Translations under genes and position numbers: made by a program | DNA from: Octopus sinensis | Lineage: Eukaryota | Direction of reading: 5' to 3' | NCBI RefSeq assembly: GCF_006345805.1 | Contig: NC_042999.1 | Location: 46,376,001-46,440,000 of the forward strand | DNA: 64,000 nt | Shown: piece by piece, positions 1 through 11,561 of the stretch | Numbering within the stretch: the stretch's first letter is position 1 | Layout: each line of letters begins with the position of its first letter | The notes under the pieces: generated by a model | Database searches by the model: none | What the model saw: the letters and a program-made list of their open reading frames with translations, nothing else | Told to the model about the DNA's origin: nothing

Positions 1-565
1 TGCATTAAACTGCATATTGTTGTCCTCAGCCCATCTGTATATTGTATCCAACTCCTGTTGCAGATTTGCAATATTTCCAAGGTTTTGTATGGTGTGGGAG
101 ACTTTTGTGTCATCTGCATAGCTAGCAAGAGAGGCCATCTTAGCAACTGAGGGCATGTCTGAAAGGGCCACTATAAACAGCAGTGGCCCCCGAGACAGTG
201 CCCTGTGGAACACCGCTTGTTATTTGTGTTTCCTTGGAGGTGGTGGCTCCATTGGCCACAACTGCCTGCCTTCTATCTTTTAGGAAGTTGTGCAGCCACT
301 CTCCAAGTTTTCCGCCTATGCCGAGACCATGCAGTGTGTGACAGATCATACCATGGTCGACGTTATCAAAAGCTTTTGCAAAGTCGAGATATATCACATC
401 TACAATTGAGCCATTTAGTAGCTGTTTTAACACCCAGTCATAGTGCTGCAGGAGCTGTTTTAGGCAGCTTCTACCTGGTCGAAATCCATGCTGGGTGTCA
501 GTCAGCAAGTTATTTTCTTCAAGGAACATGATTAGTTTCTTGCAGACAATTTGTTTTTGTTCCAT
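1..565 (-). mobile_element. CR1-like LINE reverse transcriptase fragment, frameshifted
   Basis: QHGFRPGRSC, YLDFAKAFD and SGVPQGTV motifs; after a frameshift near 190 the frame continues GPLLFIVALSDMP...SYADDT...WAEDNNMQFNA. Confidence 0.9.
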
Positions 566-645
566 GACTCTGTTGAGGTGTGAGGTCAGAGAGATAGGCC
601 TATAATGTTTAGCATCTGCTCTGCTTCCTCCCTTATGGATAGGGC

Positions 646-669
<24 letters not shown>

Positions 670-677
<8 letters not shown>

Positions 678-1035
678 AAAGGGCTTAGTAAAATAAATTA
701 CTTTGCCGCATACTGAACTCGTTAGAAATACCAGCTAAAAAAACTTTTATAAAACTATTTCTAACACTTAAAGAAAACCTCTCTCATATAGTGTTTGCTC
801 AATTCAACTGAGCAAACACTATATGAGAGAGGTTTTCTTTAAGTGTTAGAAATAGTTTTATAAAAAGTTTTTTTAGCTGCTATTTCTAACGAGTTCAGTA
901 TGCGGCAAAGTAATTTATTTTACTAAGCCCTTTTATATAATGTAATAATTTGAATTTGCCTTAAATGGTCCCTTTGCATACTGAATACTTGGTGAAATTG
1001 ATTAATTAATTAATTAATTTTACCCTCATTGTTGA
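670..1035. mobile_element. Short palindromic relative of the 28.8-30.2 kb hammerhead element, inserted in (TA)n
   Basis: Inverted arms 671-801 and 809-940 (one substitution, one indel) with a 7-nt loop, then a tail 941-1035; homologous to 28811-28945 and 30000-30207. Confidence 0.85.
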
Positions 1036-1038
1036 ATG

Positions 1039-1039
<1 letters not shown>

Positions 1040-1076
<37 letters not shown>

Positions 1077-1129
1077 TGTGTGGTATATATATATATATAT
1101 AATATATATATATATGTTGTGTGTGGTGT

Positions 1130-1165
<36 letters not shown>

Positions 1166-1433
1166 GTGTGTATATATATATATTGTGTTATATATATATT
1201 GTGTGTGTATATATGTACTGTATGTATATATATATATATTGTGTATGTATTATATATAATATATATATAATGTATATATATATATTGTGTATATATATAT
1301 ATTGTTGTATATAAATATATATGTATATATATATTGTGTATATATATATATATGTATATATATATATTGTGTATATATATATATTGTGTATTATATATAT
1401 ATATGTATCTATATATATTGTGTATATATATAT

Positions 1434-1464
<31 letters not shown>

Positions 1465-1478
1465 TGTGTATATATATT
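1040..1478. repeat. Degenerate (TA)n/(TATTG) microsatellite
   Basis: Direct inspection. Confidence 0.95.
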
Positions 1479-1579
1479 GGGCCTGGTGCAGCCTTCTGGC
1501 TTCCCAGACCCCAGTTAAACCGTCCAACCCATGCTAGTATGGAAAGTGGATGCTAAATGATGATGATGATGATGATGAT
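1479..1579 (+). mobile_element. Extreme 3' end of RTE LINE with (GAT)n tail
   Basis: Same sequence as the 3' ends at 4625-4724 and (reverse complement) 5545-5650. Confidence 0.75.
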
Positions 1580-1583
1580 ATAT

Positions 1584-1631
<48 letters not shown>

Positions 1632-2082
1632 ATATATATATCGTATATATTTGTATCAAATTGGACTTGGGTATAACAATTTTAATTTCAAAAGAATTGC
1701 TCCAAAATTTGGGCCATGACTGTAAATGTAAAATGAGATTTGGTTCCAAACTTCATGGTTCTAGGTTCATTCCTACAGCAGTAATTTGAGCAGGTGTCTT
1801 TTACTATAAATTCCAGACTGACCAAATTCTTGTGAGTGGATTTGGTAGACAGAAACTCAAAAAGCCTATGGTGTAAATGTGTGTGCATGAGTGCACGTGT
1901 GTGTGTGTGGCTGTTTGCAAGGGTTCCATTTGATCTGATCAATGGAACAGCCTTCTTGTGAAATTAATGTGCAAGTGGCTGAGTACTCCACAGACATGTA
2001 TGCCCCTTACTTTAGTTCTCAGGGACATTCAGCATTACACATTATGTATGTATGTATGTATGTATGTATGTATGTATGTATA

Positions 2083-2483
2083 CTCTTACTCTTTTACTTG
2101 TTTCAGTCATTTGACTGCGGCCATACTGGAGCACCGCCTTTAGTCGAGCAAATCGACCCCGGGACTTATTCTTTGTAAGCCCAGTACTTATTCTATCGAT
2201 CTCTTTTGCCGAACTGCCAAGTGACGGGGATGTAAACACACCAGCATCGGTTGTCAAGCGATGTTGGGGGGGGGGACAGACACAGACAGACACACACACA
2301 TATATATATATACATATATACGACAGGCTTCTTTCAGTTTCCGTCTACCAAATCCACTCACAAGACATTGGTCGGCCCGGGGCTATAGCAGAAGACACTT
2401 GCCCAAGATGCCACGCAGTGGGACTGAACCCGGAACTATGTGGTTGGTTAGCAAGCTACTTACCACACAGCCACTCCTGCGCC
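2083..2483 (-). mobile_element. SINE family A (tRNA-like head, CORE-like CCTTGGGCAAG motif, (GTAAAAGA)n-type tail)
   Basis: Near-identical to many copies in the window; internal (TA)/(CA) spacer. Confidence 0.9.
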
Positions 2484-2505
2484 TATGATGTATGTGTGTA
2501 TATTG

Positions 2506-2602
<97 letters not shown>

Positions 2603-3274
2603 TATATATATATATATATACGTAATCATCATCATTGTTTAACATCCGCCTTCCATACTGCACAGGTTTAAATACATAAATTTGTTGATTTATATGTATG
2701 CTTACACACACACTCTCTCTCTCTCTCTCTCACGTGTGTGTGTTTATGTGAGTATTGGATATGTTTATCCATGCAAATATATGAATTTATAACTATTACA
2801 CATCATTTTTACTTTTTTACCAATGTTTTCTTCTAAAATTACAAACATGAAATACTGAAATACTGAAAGCTAATATTACATAACTTCTTTGATCTATTTG
2901 TAATACAATACTTTTTCAACTAACAATATTTCCATCTCATTAAGTTGCATAAATTTTCATTTTTACTTTGATGTTGCGATTTAATTAAATATTACATTTC
3001 TCCCTCGTAGAGCAAGAGTTATTTCCCTTGTCCCATATCGAACCTTTTCTGTAGTAATCTTCAATTTCATCATATATACTATCCTCGCCGTCGTAGTCTT
3101 CGTCATGAAAATATACTGTTTTTTGTATTAAATAATTTTCACCAAATATTCAATTAATCAACAAAGTTTCCAATAATAACAAACAAAAATGTAGTTTGTA
3201 CCATGGTTATTGATACGATATATATATATATCACTGGAATATTTTCAAGTTTTGGAAAGCAATTAAAAATAATA

Positions 3275-3485
3275 TGATTCTGTTTGTTTGTTAGCACTCC
3301 GTCGCTTACAACGACGAGGGTTCCAGTTGATCCGATCAACGGAACAGCCTGCTCGTGAAATTAACGTGCAAGTGGCTGAGCACTCCACAGACACGTGTAC
3401 CCTTAACGTAGTTCTCGGGGTTATTCAGCGTGACACAGAGTGTGACAAGACTGACCCTTTGAATTACAGGCACAACAGAAGCAGT
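3275..3485 (+). mobile_element. SINE 3' module (GGGTTCCAGTTGATCCGATCAACGGAACAGCC...)
   Basis: Related copies at 1920-2040 (attached to a family A body) and about 30630-30730. Confidence 0.6.
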
Positions 3486-3699
3486 AATTAAGAGTGAAAG
3501 AAAGTTGTGGTGAAAGGGTACAGCAGGATTCTCCTGTAGTTGACTTTGTCTTTCATATTTTGGGATTGATAAAGTGAGTACCAGATAAGTACTGGAAATG
3601 ATGTAATTGTCTTTGTTTCCCCTGAAAAACTACTGACCCTGCACCAAAATTTTAAACTGTATGAATACTCTCCCAAAATTTCAGTGTATGTGGCATGTA

Positions 3700-4894
3700 A
3701 TGATATTTTGCCAGCAATTGATGAGAGAGAGAGGGGTCACCTTTTTCATAATCACTATAAAATTTATGTATATCTTCTTTCTCCAGGTGATAAAGAGAGG
3801 GTCATCTTTTCACAATCACTATATAATTAATGTATATGTTCTTTCTCCAGGTGAGATGTTGCTAGCAGTTGATGATAGATAGAAGGGTCACCTTTTTGCA
3901 ATCGCGATATAATTAATGTATATGACTGCGCTGGTATGGTCGTGTGGCGAGAATAGATGAGGATAGCTGTGTGAAAAAGTGTCACACCCTAGCGGTTGAA
4001 GGAACCTGTGAAAGAGGTAGACCCAGGAAGATCTGGGATGAGGTGGTGAAGTATGACCTTCAAACTTAAGGCCTCACCGAGGCAATGACTAGTGATCGAG
4101 ACCTTTAGAAATATGTTGTGCTTGAGAAGACCCGGCAAACCAAGTGAGACTCTGCCAGTGGTGTAACCAGCCCACTTATGCGTACCTTTCCTTCATTGGA
4201 CACTAAACTGCTTGCGAAGACCTGTTGAGGCAAGTGAAATTGAAATTGAAATCAAATTTGATGACTGGCATCCTTGCTAGTGGAGCGCTAAGAGTACCAT
4301 ACGAGTGTGATCGTTGCCAGAGCATGTAACTGGCTTCCATGCTGGTGGCACGTAAAAAGCACCATTCGAGTGTGATCATTACCAGCGTCACCTTACTGGC
4401 ACTTGTGCCGGTGGCACAGGGAAAGACATTAAAGCGAGGTCATTGCTAGTGCCACTGGACTGGCTCCTGTGCAGGTGGCACATAAAAAACACCATTTGAG
4501 TGTGGCTGTTGCCAGAACCGCCTGTGGCCCTCGTGCCGGTGGCATGTAAAAGCACCCACTACACTCTCAGAGTGGTTAGCATTAAGAAGGGCTTCCAGCT
4601 GTAGAAACTCTGCTAGATCAAATTGGAGCCTGGTGCAGCCATCTTGTTCACCAGTCCTCAGTCAAATCGTCCAACCCATGCTAGCATGGAAAACAGACGT
4701 TAAACGATGATGATGATGATGATGTTCTTTTTCCAGATGGTATGATACTAGCGATTGAAGATTAAGATTGGAGTCACTATATAATTAATCACTATATAAT
4801 TAATGTATCTGTTCTTTCTCTAGCAATTAATGATAGAAAGAAGGGTCACCTTTTCACAATCATGATATAATTAATGTATATGTTCTTTCTCCAG
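3700..4894 (+). repeat. Minisatellite of ~65-80-nt units containing the INTU 3' splice site and exon start, split by an RTE insertion
   Basis: Repeated ataattaatgtatatgttctttctccAGgtga...gctagcaattgatga...agggtcacctttt units at 3700-3924 and 4725-4920. Confidence 0.8.
3925..4724 (+). mobile_element. 5'-truncated RTE LINE (RT C-terminus, 3'UTR, (GAT)n tail)
   Basis: Translates LRWYGRVARIDED...GRPRKIWDEVV...MTSDRDL with stops; tail gatgatgatg at about 4705-4724. Confidence 0.88.
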
Positions 4895-4980
4895 GTGATA
4901 TGTTGCTAGCAATTGATGACAGAGAAGTCTCTTGGAGTAAATTAGGAGCAACCTTGAAGAGTCTCAAGAAACAAGTTCCA
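4895..4980 (+). CDS. INTU: Inturned exon (end of PDZ domain): (G)DMLLAIDDREVSWSKLGATLKSLKKQVP
   Basis: ttctttctccAG acceptor and CCA|GTAAGA donor; phase 1 start, phase 0 end, in frame with the next exon; resembles the recalled vertebrate INTU GDVLVAVND...MQVKLTF region. Confidence 0.8.
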
Positions 4981-5247
4981 GTAAGAATTAGTAATTTCTC
5001 TAAAATCATTTGTCTGCTTTTGCAATTCATTATTGCTTAATATGCTATGGCAATTTCACTAAATAAATAGTCTTTTATAATGTTACTTGTTTTATTCAAT
5101 GGGCTGTGGTCATGCTAATGCATCAGCTTACAGAGTTCAGTTGAACAAATTGAACCCAGTATATACTTTCAGTCTCTTGGTTTATTTTTGGTGAACTCCT
5201 AAATTACTGAGATGTAAACAAACCAACACTAGATGCACACACATACA

Positions 5248-5278
<31 letters not shown>

Positions 5279-5483
5279 GTATATGTATGTGTATATATAT
5301 ATGCACACACACACACATAGGGTAAAGGCCCCCTTTGGTCATGAATGACAATGAGATTGTAGTGTCCTCTACTATAGCCTCAGGCCGACCAAAGCCTTGT
5401 GAGTGGATTTGGTAGACGGAAACTGAAAGAAGCCTGTCGTATATATGTATATATATATATATATATATAATATATATATATAA

Positions 5484-5544
<61 letters not shown>

Positions 5545-5545
<1 letters not shown>

Positions 5546-6537
5546 CATCATCATCATCATCATCGTTTAACGTCCGTTCTCCATGCTAGCATGGGTTGGA
5601 CGGTTCGACCGGGGATCTGGGAAGCCAGAAGGCTGCACCAGGCTCCAGTCTTATCTGGCAATGTTTCTACAGCTGGATGCCCTTCCTAACGCCAACCACT
5701 CCATGAGTGTAGTGGGTGCTTTTTACGTGCCACCTGCACAGGTGCCAGGCGAGGCTGGCAACAGCCATGGTCGGATTGGTGTATTTTACGTGCCACCAGC
5801 ACGAAAGCCAGTCGAGGCGGTGCTGGCATCGGCCACGAGTTGGATAGTGCTTTTTTACATACCACCAGACCAGGGATCCTGGCTGGTTCAATTCGATTTC
5901 GATTTCGCTTGCCCCAACATGTCTTCACAAGCAAAGGGGGTTGGCATGGGTGCCTGTCATCTGATGAGGTTCTATATCGACTTCGCTTGCCTCAACAGGT
6001 CTTTGTGTCCAAGGGAGGAAAGGCATGCATAAGTGGGCTGGGCTCACTTGTCCTGCCTGGTCTTCTCACGTACAGCATATTTCCAAAGGTCTCGGTCGCT
6101 GGTCATTTCCTCAGTGAGGCCTAAATTTCGAAGGTCGTGCTTCACCACCTCGTCCCAGGTTTTCCTGGGTCTACCTCTTCCACGGGTTCCCTCAACTGCT
6201 AGGGATTGGCACTTTCTCACACACCTATCTTCATCCATTCTCGCCACATGACCATACCAGTGCAATCGTCTCTCTTGCACACCACAACTGATGCTTCTTA
6301 GGTACAACATTTCTCTCAAGGTACTAACGCTCTGTCGAGTATGTACACTGACATTACACATCCATCGGAGCATACTGGCTTCATTTCTCACGAGCTTACG
6401 CATGTCCTCAGCAGTCACGGCCCATGTTTCACTGCCATGTAGCATGGCTGTTCGTACACATGCATCATACAGTCTGCCTTTTACTCTGAGCGAGAGGCCT
6501 TTAGTCACCAGCAGAGGTAAGAGCTCCCTCACCAGCC
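5545..6537 (-). mobile_element. 5'-truncated RTE LINE
   Basis: ORF 6044-6571 reads VKGRLYDACVRTAMLHGSETWA...WYGHVARMDEDR...GRGRPRKTW; 3'UTR with sub-repeats; (GAT)n tail on the minus strand. Confidence 0.92.
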
Positions 6538-6619
<82 letters not shown>

Positions 6620-6920
6620 GGAGGCGCAATGGCCCAGTGGTTAGGGCAGAGGACTCGCGGTCGTAGGATTGCGGTTTCGATTCTCAGACCAGGCGTTGTG
6701 CGTGTTTATTGAGCGAAAACACCTAAAGTTCCATGAGGCTCCAGCAGGGGGTGGTGGCGATCCCTGCTGTACTCTTTCGCCACAACTTTCTCTCACTCTT
6801 TCCTCTGTTAGTCTGCTCGCTTAGCCAGCGGGGTGGCGTCATTTGAAGGCTAAAACAATGCGAAGTGCATTGTGACCAGCGATGTGTAGCAACATCTGAT
6901 AGACTGGTTGGTTACGATGA
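6620..6920 (+). mobile_element. tRNA-derived SINE family B
   Basis: A-box TGGCCCAGTGGTTAGG and B-box GGTTTCGATTC; further copies at 7648, 16130, 18752, 24915, 30312, 32125, 36700, 45765 and 56570. Confidence 0.88.
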
Positions 6921-7647
6921 TATATATATATATGAATGTGTGTATAAGCTTGTGTGTTTTTGTTTGTCCCCCAATATCGCTTGACAACTGATGGTGGTGT
7001 GTTTACACCCCCGTAACTTAGTAGTTCAGCAAAAGTGACCGATAGAATAAGTACTAAACTTCTAAAGAATAAGTCCTGGGGTCGATTTGCTCGATTAAAA
7101 GTGGTGCTCCAGCATGGCTGCATTCAAATGACTGAAACAAGTAAAAGAGATAAGAGAATTGTAAGGATGCAAAGAAATAGTAGGGACATAAAATTTGACT
7201 GATTACATAGTTTTTTTAATGGTAGGGTGGAGCAGTGGTATTTGACGGATTGAGTACCCCTATACAAGCTTTAAACTTAACCCTTTAGCATTCATATTAC
7301 TTTGTTAAAATGATATACTTATTTATTCACATTGATTTGAATATATCATACATTATTGTGTAGCCTTGTGATTTCAATGAAGTGATTGTATATTTTTAGA
7401 ATAACATTGTAAGGTAGGTGTGAAAGGCCTGATCTGGTCAGTTTGACCATAAAACAAGAAGAATATTTGGGCCTGATATGGGCAGTTGGAATACTAAAGG
7501 GTTAATAATAATTATAGTATGTAAAAGTTGGGCTGTATTATCTTTTACTTATTTCAGACAGTAGCCATGCTGGGGGCATTGCTTTGGAGGGTTTTGTTGA
7601 GCAAATCAATTTCAGCACTATTTTAAGGTTGGTACTTGCTCTGTCTA

Positions 7648-7900
7648 GTGGAGGCACATGGCCTAGTGGTTAGAGCAATAGACTCACGGTCGAGGGATCA
7701 TGGGTTCGAATCGCAGACCGGGAGATGTGTGTGATTATGAGCGAAACATCTAAGCTCCACGCGGCTCCGCCAGAAGGTAATGGTGAATCTCTGCTGACTC
7801 TTTCGCCACAACTTTCTCTCACTCTTTCCTCCTGCATTTTGCAGCTCACCTGCGACAGACCAGCGTCCCGTCCAGGTGGGGAACCGGGATACCAGCGTTC
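7648..7900 (+). mobile_element. SINE family B
   Basis: TGGCCTAGTGGTTAGAGC head with GGTTCGAATC B-box. Confidence 0.85.
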
Positions 7901-8068
7901 TGAGCCAGGCATGGCTCAAAAAGGAAGAAACAAACTTGTTCTGTCTGACTCTTTTTGCCAAGCCACTAAGTTATGAAGACGTAAGCGACCCAACACGGGT
8001 TGTCAAGTAGTAATGGTGGAGGACAAACATAAACACCAAGACACATACATACAGATATTTATATACTT

Positions 8069-8143
<75 letters not shown>

Positions 8144-8174
8144 CATATATATACTTACATACATGCATGCATAT

Positions 8175-9020
8175 ATCGTCATCATCGTTTAACATCCACT
8201 TTCCATGCTGGAATGGGTTGGACGGTTTGACTGACGACTGGTGAGCCAGAGGCTGTACCAGGCTCAATCTGATCTGGCAAAGTTTCTACAGCTTGATGCT
8301 CTTCCTAATGCCAACGACTCTGAGAGTGTAGTGGGTGCTTCTATGTGCCACTGGCATGAGGGCCAGTCAGGTGGCTCTGGCAATGATCATGCTCAAAAGG
8401 TGATTTCTACATGCTACCTGCATGGGAGCCAGTCCGGCGGCACTGGCAATAACCATGCTAGAATGTTCTTTTTCACGTGCCTCCAGCACATGTGCCAGTA
8501 AGGCGACCCTGGCAATGATAACACTTGAATGATGCTTTTCACGTGTCACCAGCATGGAAGCCAATCCATGGCTCTGGCAACGATCATGCTCGGATATGCT
8601 TTTAACATTCCATTGGCACAAGTGCCAATCAGGCGGCAGAAACGTTAGCACGCCGGGCGAAATGCGTAGCCGTATTTCGTCTGCCGTTACGTTCTGAGTT
8701 CAAATTCCGCTGAGGTCGACTTTGCCTTTCATCCTTTCGGGGTCGATAACTTAAGTACCAGTTATGCACTGGGGTCGATGTAATCGACTTAATACCTATG
8801 TCTATCCTTGTTTGTCCCCTCTATGTTTAGCCCCTTGTGGGTAATAAAGAAATAGGTACTGTCATTGGCCACATCAGCAATTTTGATTTGTTTACACTTG
8901 CCTCAATATGTCTTTGCAAGCAAAGTTCATTGTCCAATGAATGAGGGGTGCTCATAAGTGGGCTGATTACACCCCACGTTTGGATGTGCATTTAACATTC
9001 TACTGGTACGAGTGCCAATC
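8175..9020 (-). mobile_element. RTE 3'UTR-derived fragment with a nested family C SINE
   Basis: (CAT)n end and the sub-repeats shared with 5545-5950. Confidence 0.75.
8631..8865 (+). mobile_element. SINE family C (GGCGGC...GCAGAAACGTTAGC...GAGTTCAAATTCCGC)
   Basis: Copies at 21358, 22548, 31265, 32420-33095, 36470, 55540-55880 and 62860. Confidence 0.85.
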
Positions 9021-9371
9021 AGGCATATAGATATTTATACATATGTGAAAAGTTTCATTTAGTATCGTCCATCAGATTAATTCATAAGGCTTTGGTCAGC
9101 TGGGGACTATAGAAGGAACTTGGCCATGGTGCCTTGCAATGGGATTGAACCTGAAACCATGTTGTGGGAAGCAAGCTTCTTATCACACCGTCATGCTGCT
9201 ACTATCTACAAGATATTTCAGCATCAAATAATCTAGATGGAAATCAACATTCTTAGTCTTACAGCATAAAGAAGCCCTGTCAGCTAACCCTTTAAGAAAA
9301 AGCAAGACCCACGAAAAAGTGTGCTTGTATTTACAATAAAATATCATAATCTTGGGCTATACAAATATATA

Positions 9372-9778
9372 CTCTTTTACTCTTTTACTTGTTTCAGTCA
9401 TTTGACTGCGGCCATGCTGGAGCACCACCTTTAGTCGAGCAAATCGACCCCGGGACTTATTCTTTTGTAAGCCTAGTACTTATTCTATCGGTCTCTTTTG
9501 TCGAACCGCCAAGTAACGGGGACACAAACACACCAGCACTGGTTGTCAAGCAATGCTAGGGGGACAAACACAGACATACAAACACACACACGCATACATA
9601 TATATACATATATACGACAGGCTTCTTTCAGTTTCCGTCTACCAAATCCACTCACAAGGCATTGGTCAGCCCGGGGCTATAGCAGCAGACACTTGCCCAA
9701 GATGCCACACAGTGGGACTGAACCTGGAACCATGTAGTTGGTTAGCAAGCTATTTACCACACAGCCACTCCTGCACCT
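9372..9778 (-). mobile_element. SINE family A
   Basis: Full-length match to 2083-2483. Confidence 0.9.
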
Positions 9779-9821
9779 ATATGATTATAAAAATATTTTT
9801 TCTTTTATAAATGTTTTTCAG

Positions 9822-10028
9822 ATTAAACTCACTTTCCAAAATCCTGTTGTTGTTGGATCTACAAATAACAACTCTGTTGGTGGAATGCGCTTACCATTTT
9901 GTGAAAATGTCATGCTGGCTGCTAGTGGTGAAGATTTCTCATCATTGGTAGAGCTGCTTGACATGTACAAATGCAAACTCTTATGTCTTTCACTGGACAT
10001 TGTTCAAAGTGATTTAGATTTTGGTCAG
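9822..10028 (+). CDS. INTU: Inturned exon: IKLTFQNPVVVG...SSLVELLDMYKCKLLCLSLDIVQSDLDFGQ
   Basis: tttttcAG acceptor and CAG|GTAAAG donor; 207 nt, phase 0-0, open; IKLTFQN matches recalled INTU VKLTFEN and LLCLSLD matches IMYLTLQ. Confidence 0.88.
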
Positions 10029-10597
10029 GTAAAGAATATTTGTAGCTATATTATTTCTGACACAAATTCACTTTCATGTTATTGTTGTTGATTTTTATAT
10101 ATATACACACACATATATATTCAAGTAGGTTTGTATATCTTTTATCTGTTATATTTTATTTGCTCCAGTCAATAGACTGTGGCCATACTGGGACAACACC
10201 TTGAAGAGTTTTAGTCAAATGGATTGACTCTAGTACTTAATTTTTTTTTTTTTTTGGTTTTTAAGTGTGGTACTTATTCTATTGGACTTTTTTTACTGAA
10301 CTGCAAAGTTACAGGAACATAATTATGCTGACACTAGTTCTCAAATGATAGTTGAGGACAAACAGACACACAAAGACAAACATACACATTCACATTTATA
10401 TGGTGGTCTTTTTGCCATTTCTGTTTACCATATCCACTCACAAGGCTTTGGTCAGCCCAAGGCTGCATTAAAAGAAACTTGCCCAAGGTGCCATGCAGTG
10501 GGACTGAACCTGGAACTATGTAGTTGGAAAGCAAAAGAGTACAACAGGGGTCGCCACCACCCACTACCGGAGCCACGTGGAGCTTTTAGGTGTTTCT

Positions 10598-10867
10598 GCT
10601 CCTCTTATTTGTCAGTAGCTTACACTGGGTACATCTTATAGAGTTTCTACCTACGCCGATTCTACAGATTAGGCAGGGCCATCTACCTGAAAGGATTTGT
10701 GGTTTGTCTGCCTTCCTACTTATTAAGACTTTGGTTTTAGCTAAGTTGACTCTAAGGCCCTTCGATTCTAATCCTTGTTTCCACACCTGAAACTTTTCCT
10801 CTAGTTCTGATAGTGACTCAGCAATTAGAGTAAGGTCATCAGCATAGAGGTGCTCCCAGGGGCATCC

Positions 10868-10868
<1 letters not shown>
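10598..10868 (-). mobile_element. RTE LINE RT core fragment
   Basis: CPWEHLYADDL...GLRVNLAKTKVL...WPCLIC...CTQC. Confidence 0.88.
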
Positions 10869-10900
<32 letters not shown>

Positions 10901-11561
10901 ATGTTTTTCCTCCAGCACCACTTCCATAACTTAGCAGTTCGGCAAAAGAGATCAACAGAACAAGTTCTAGGCTTTAAAAAATGTACTGGGATCAATTAAT
11001 TTGACTAAAATTTCTTCAAGGCAATGCCCCAGCATGGCCGCAGTATAATGACTGAAAGAAACAGAAGATAAAAGATAACAGATAGTAACTATATCCAATA
11101 TAATCATTGAAATAAAAAAATAAAACTGTGACACTATGATATCTAATTAAACTTTTGCAATGGATTCCTCCTTCTCTTCCCACTATCCTCATCATCATCC
11201 TCATCATCACAATCATCATTTTAATGTTTACTATTTCATGCCTGGTTAAGTCAGACAGAATTCATTGAAGCAGATCTTTTATAGATGGATACTCATCCTG
11301 TTCTCAACCTTCACCTATTTCAAAGTAACTTAATATATATTTTGCTAGACAATTGCAAATAAACATCATTTACACCATTTCTATGATGGCGATGTCTAAA
11401 TTTAGCACATAATGCCAAGTTAAGGTGACATACCCTCCCACACTCACACCCACATGCGCATACTTACACACGTGTGTGTGTGTATATGTATATATTTATA
11501 CAGACACACACACATGTTTGTACATATATCTATATCTATATCTAACTATCTATCTATATAT

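Noticed and set aside
1006-1556. Long YI/CV/HT-rich ORFs here and at 27.7-28.8, 44, 46, 53-55 and 57-59 kb
   Set aside because: Translations of (TA)n, (CA)n and (TATG)n microsatellites, which lack stops in some frames
3851-3882. Apparent extra INTU exon GEMLLAVDDR
   Set aside because: In-frame TAG after 10 codons and no suitable donor; treated as a decoy duplicate of 4895-4980
5961-6000. CTGATGAG in the RTE 3'UTR
   Set aside because: Antisense to the element, with no GAAA or stem II in register
6620-6700. tRNA-like heads of SINEs as tRNA genes
   Set aside because: A and B boxes are present but each continues into a SINE body, and no complete cloverleaf is evident
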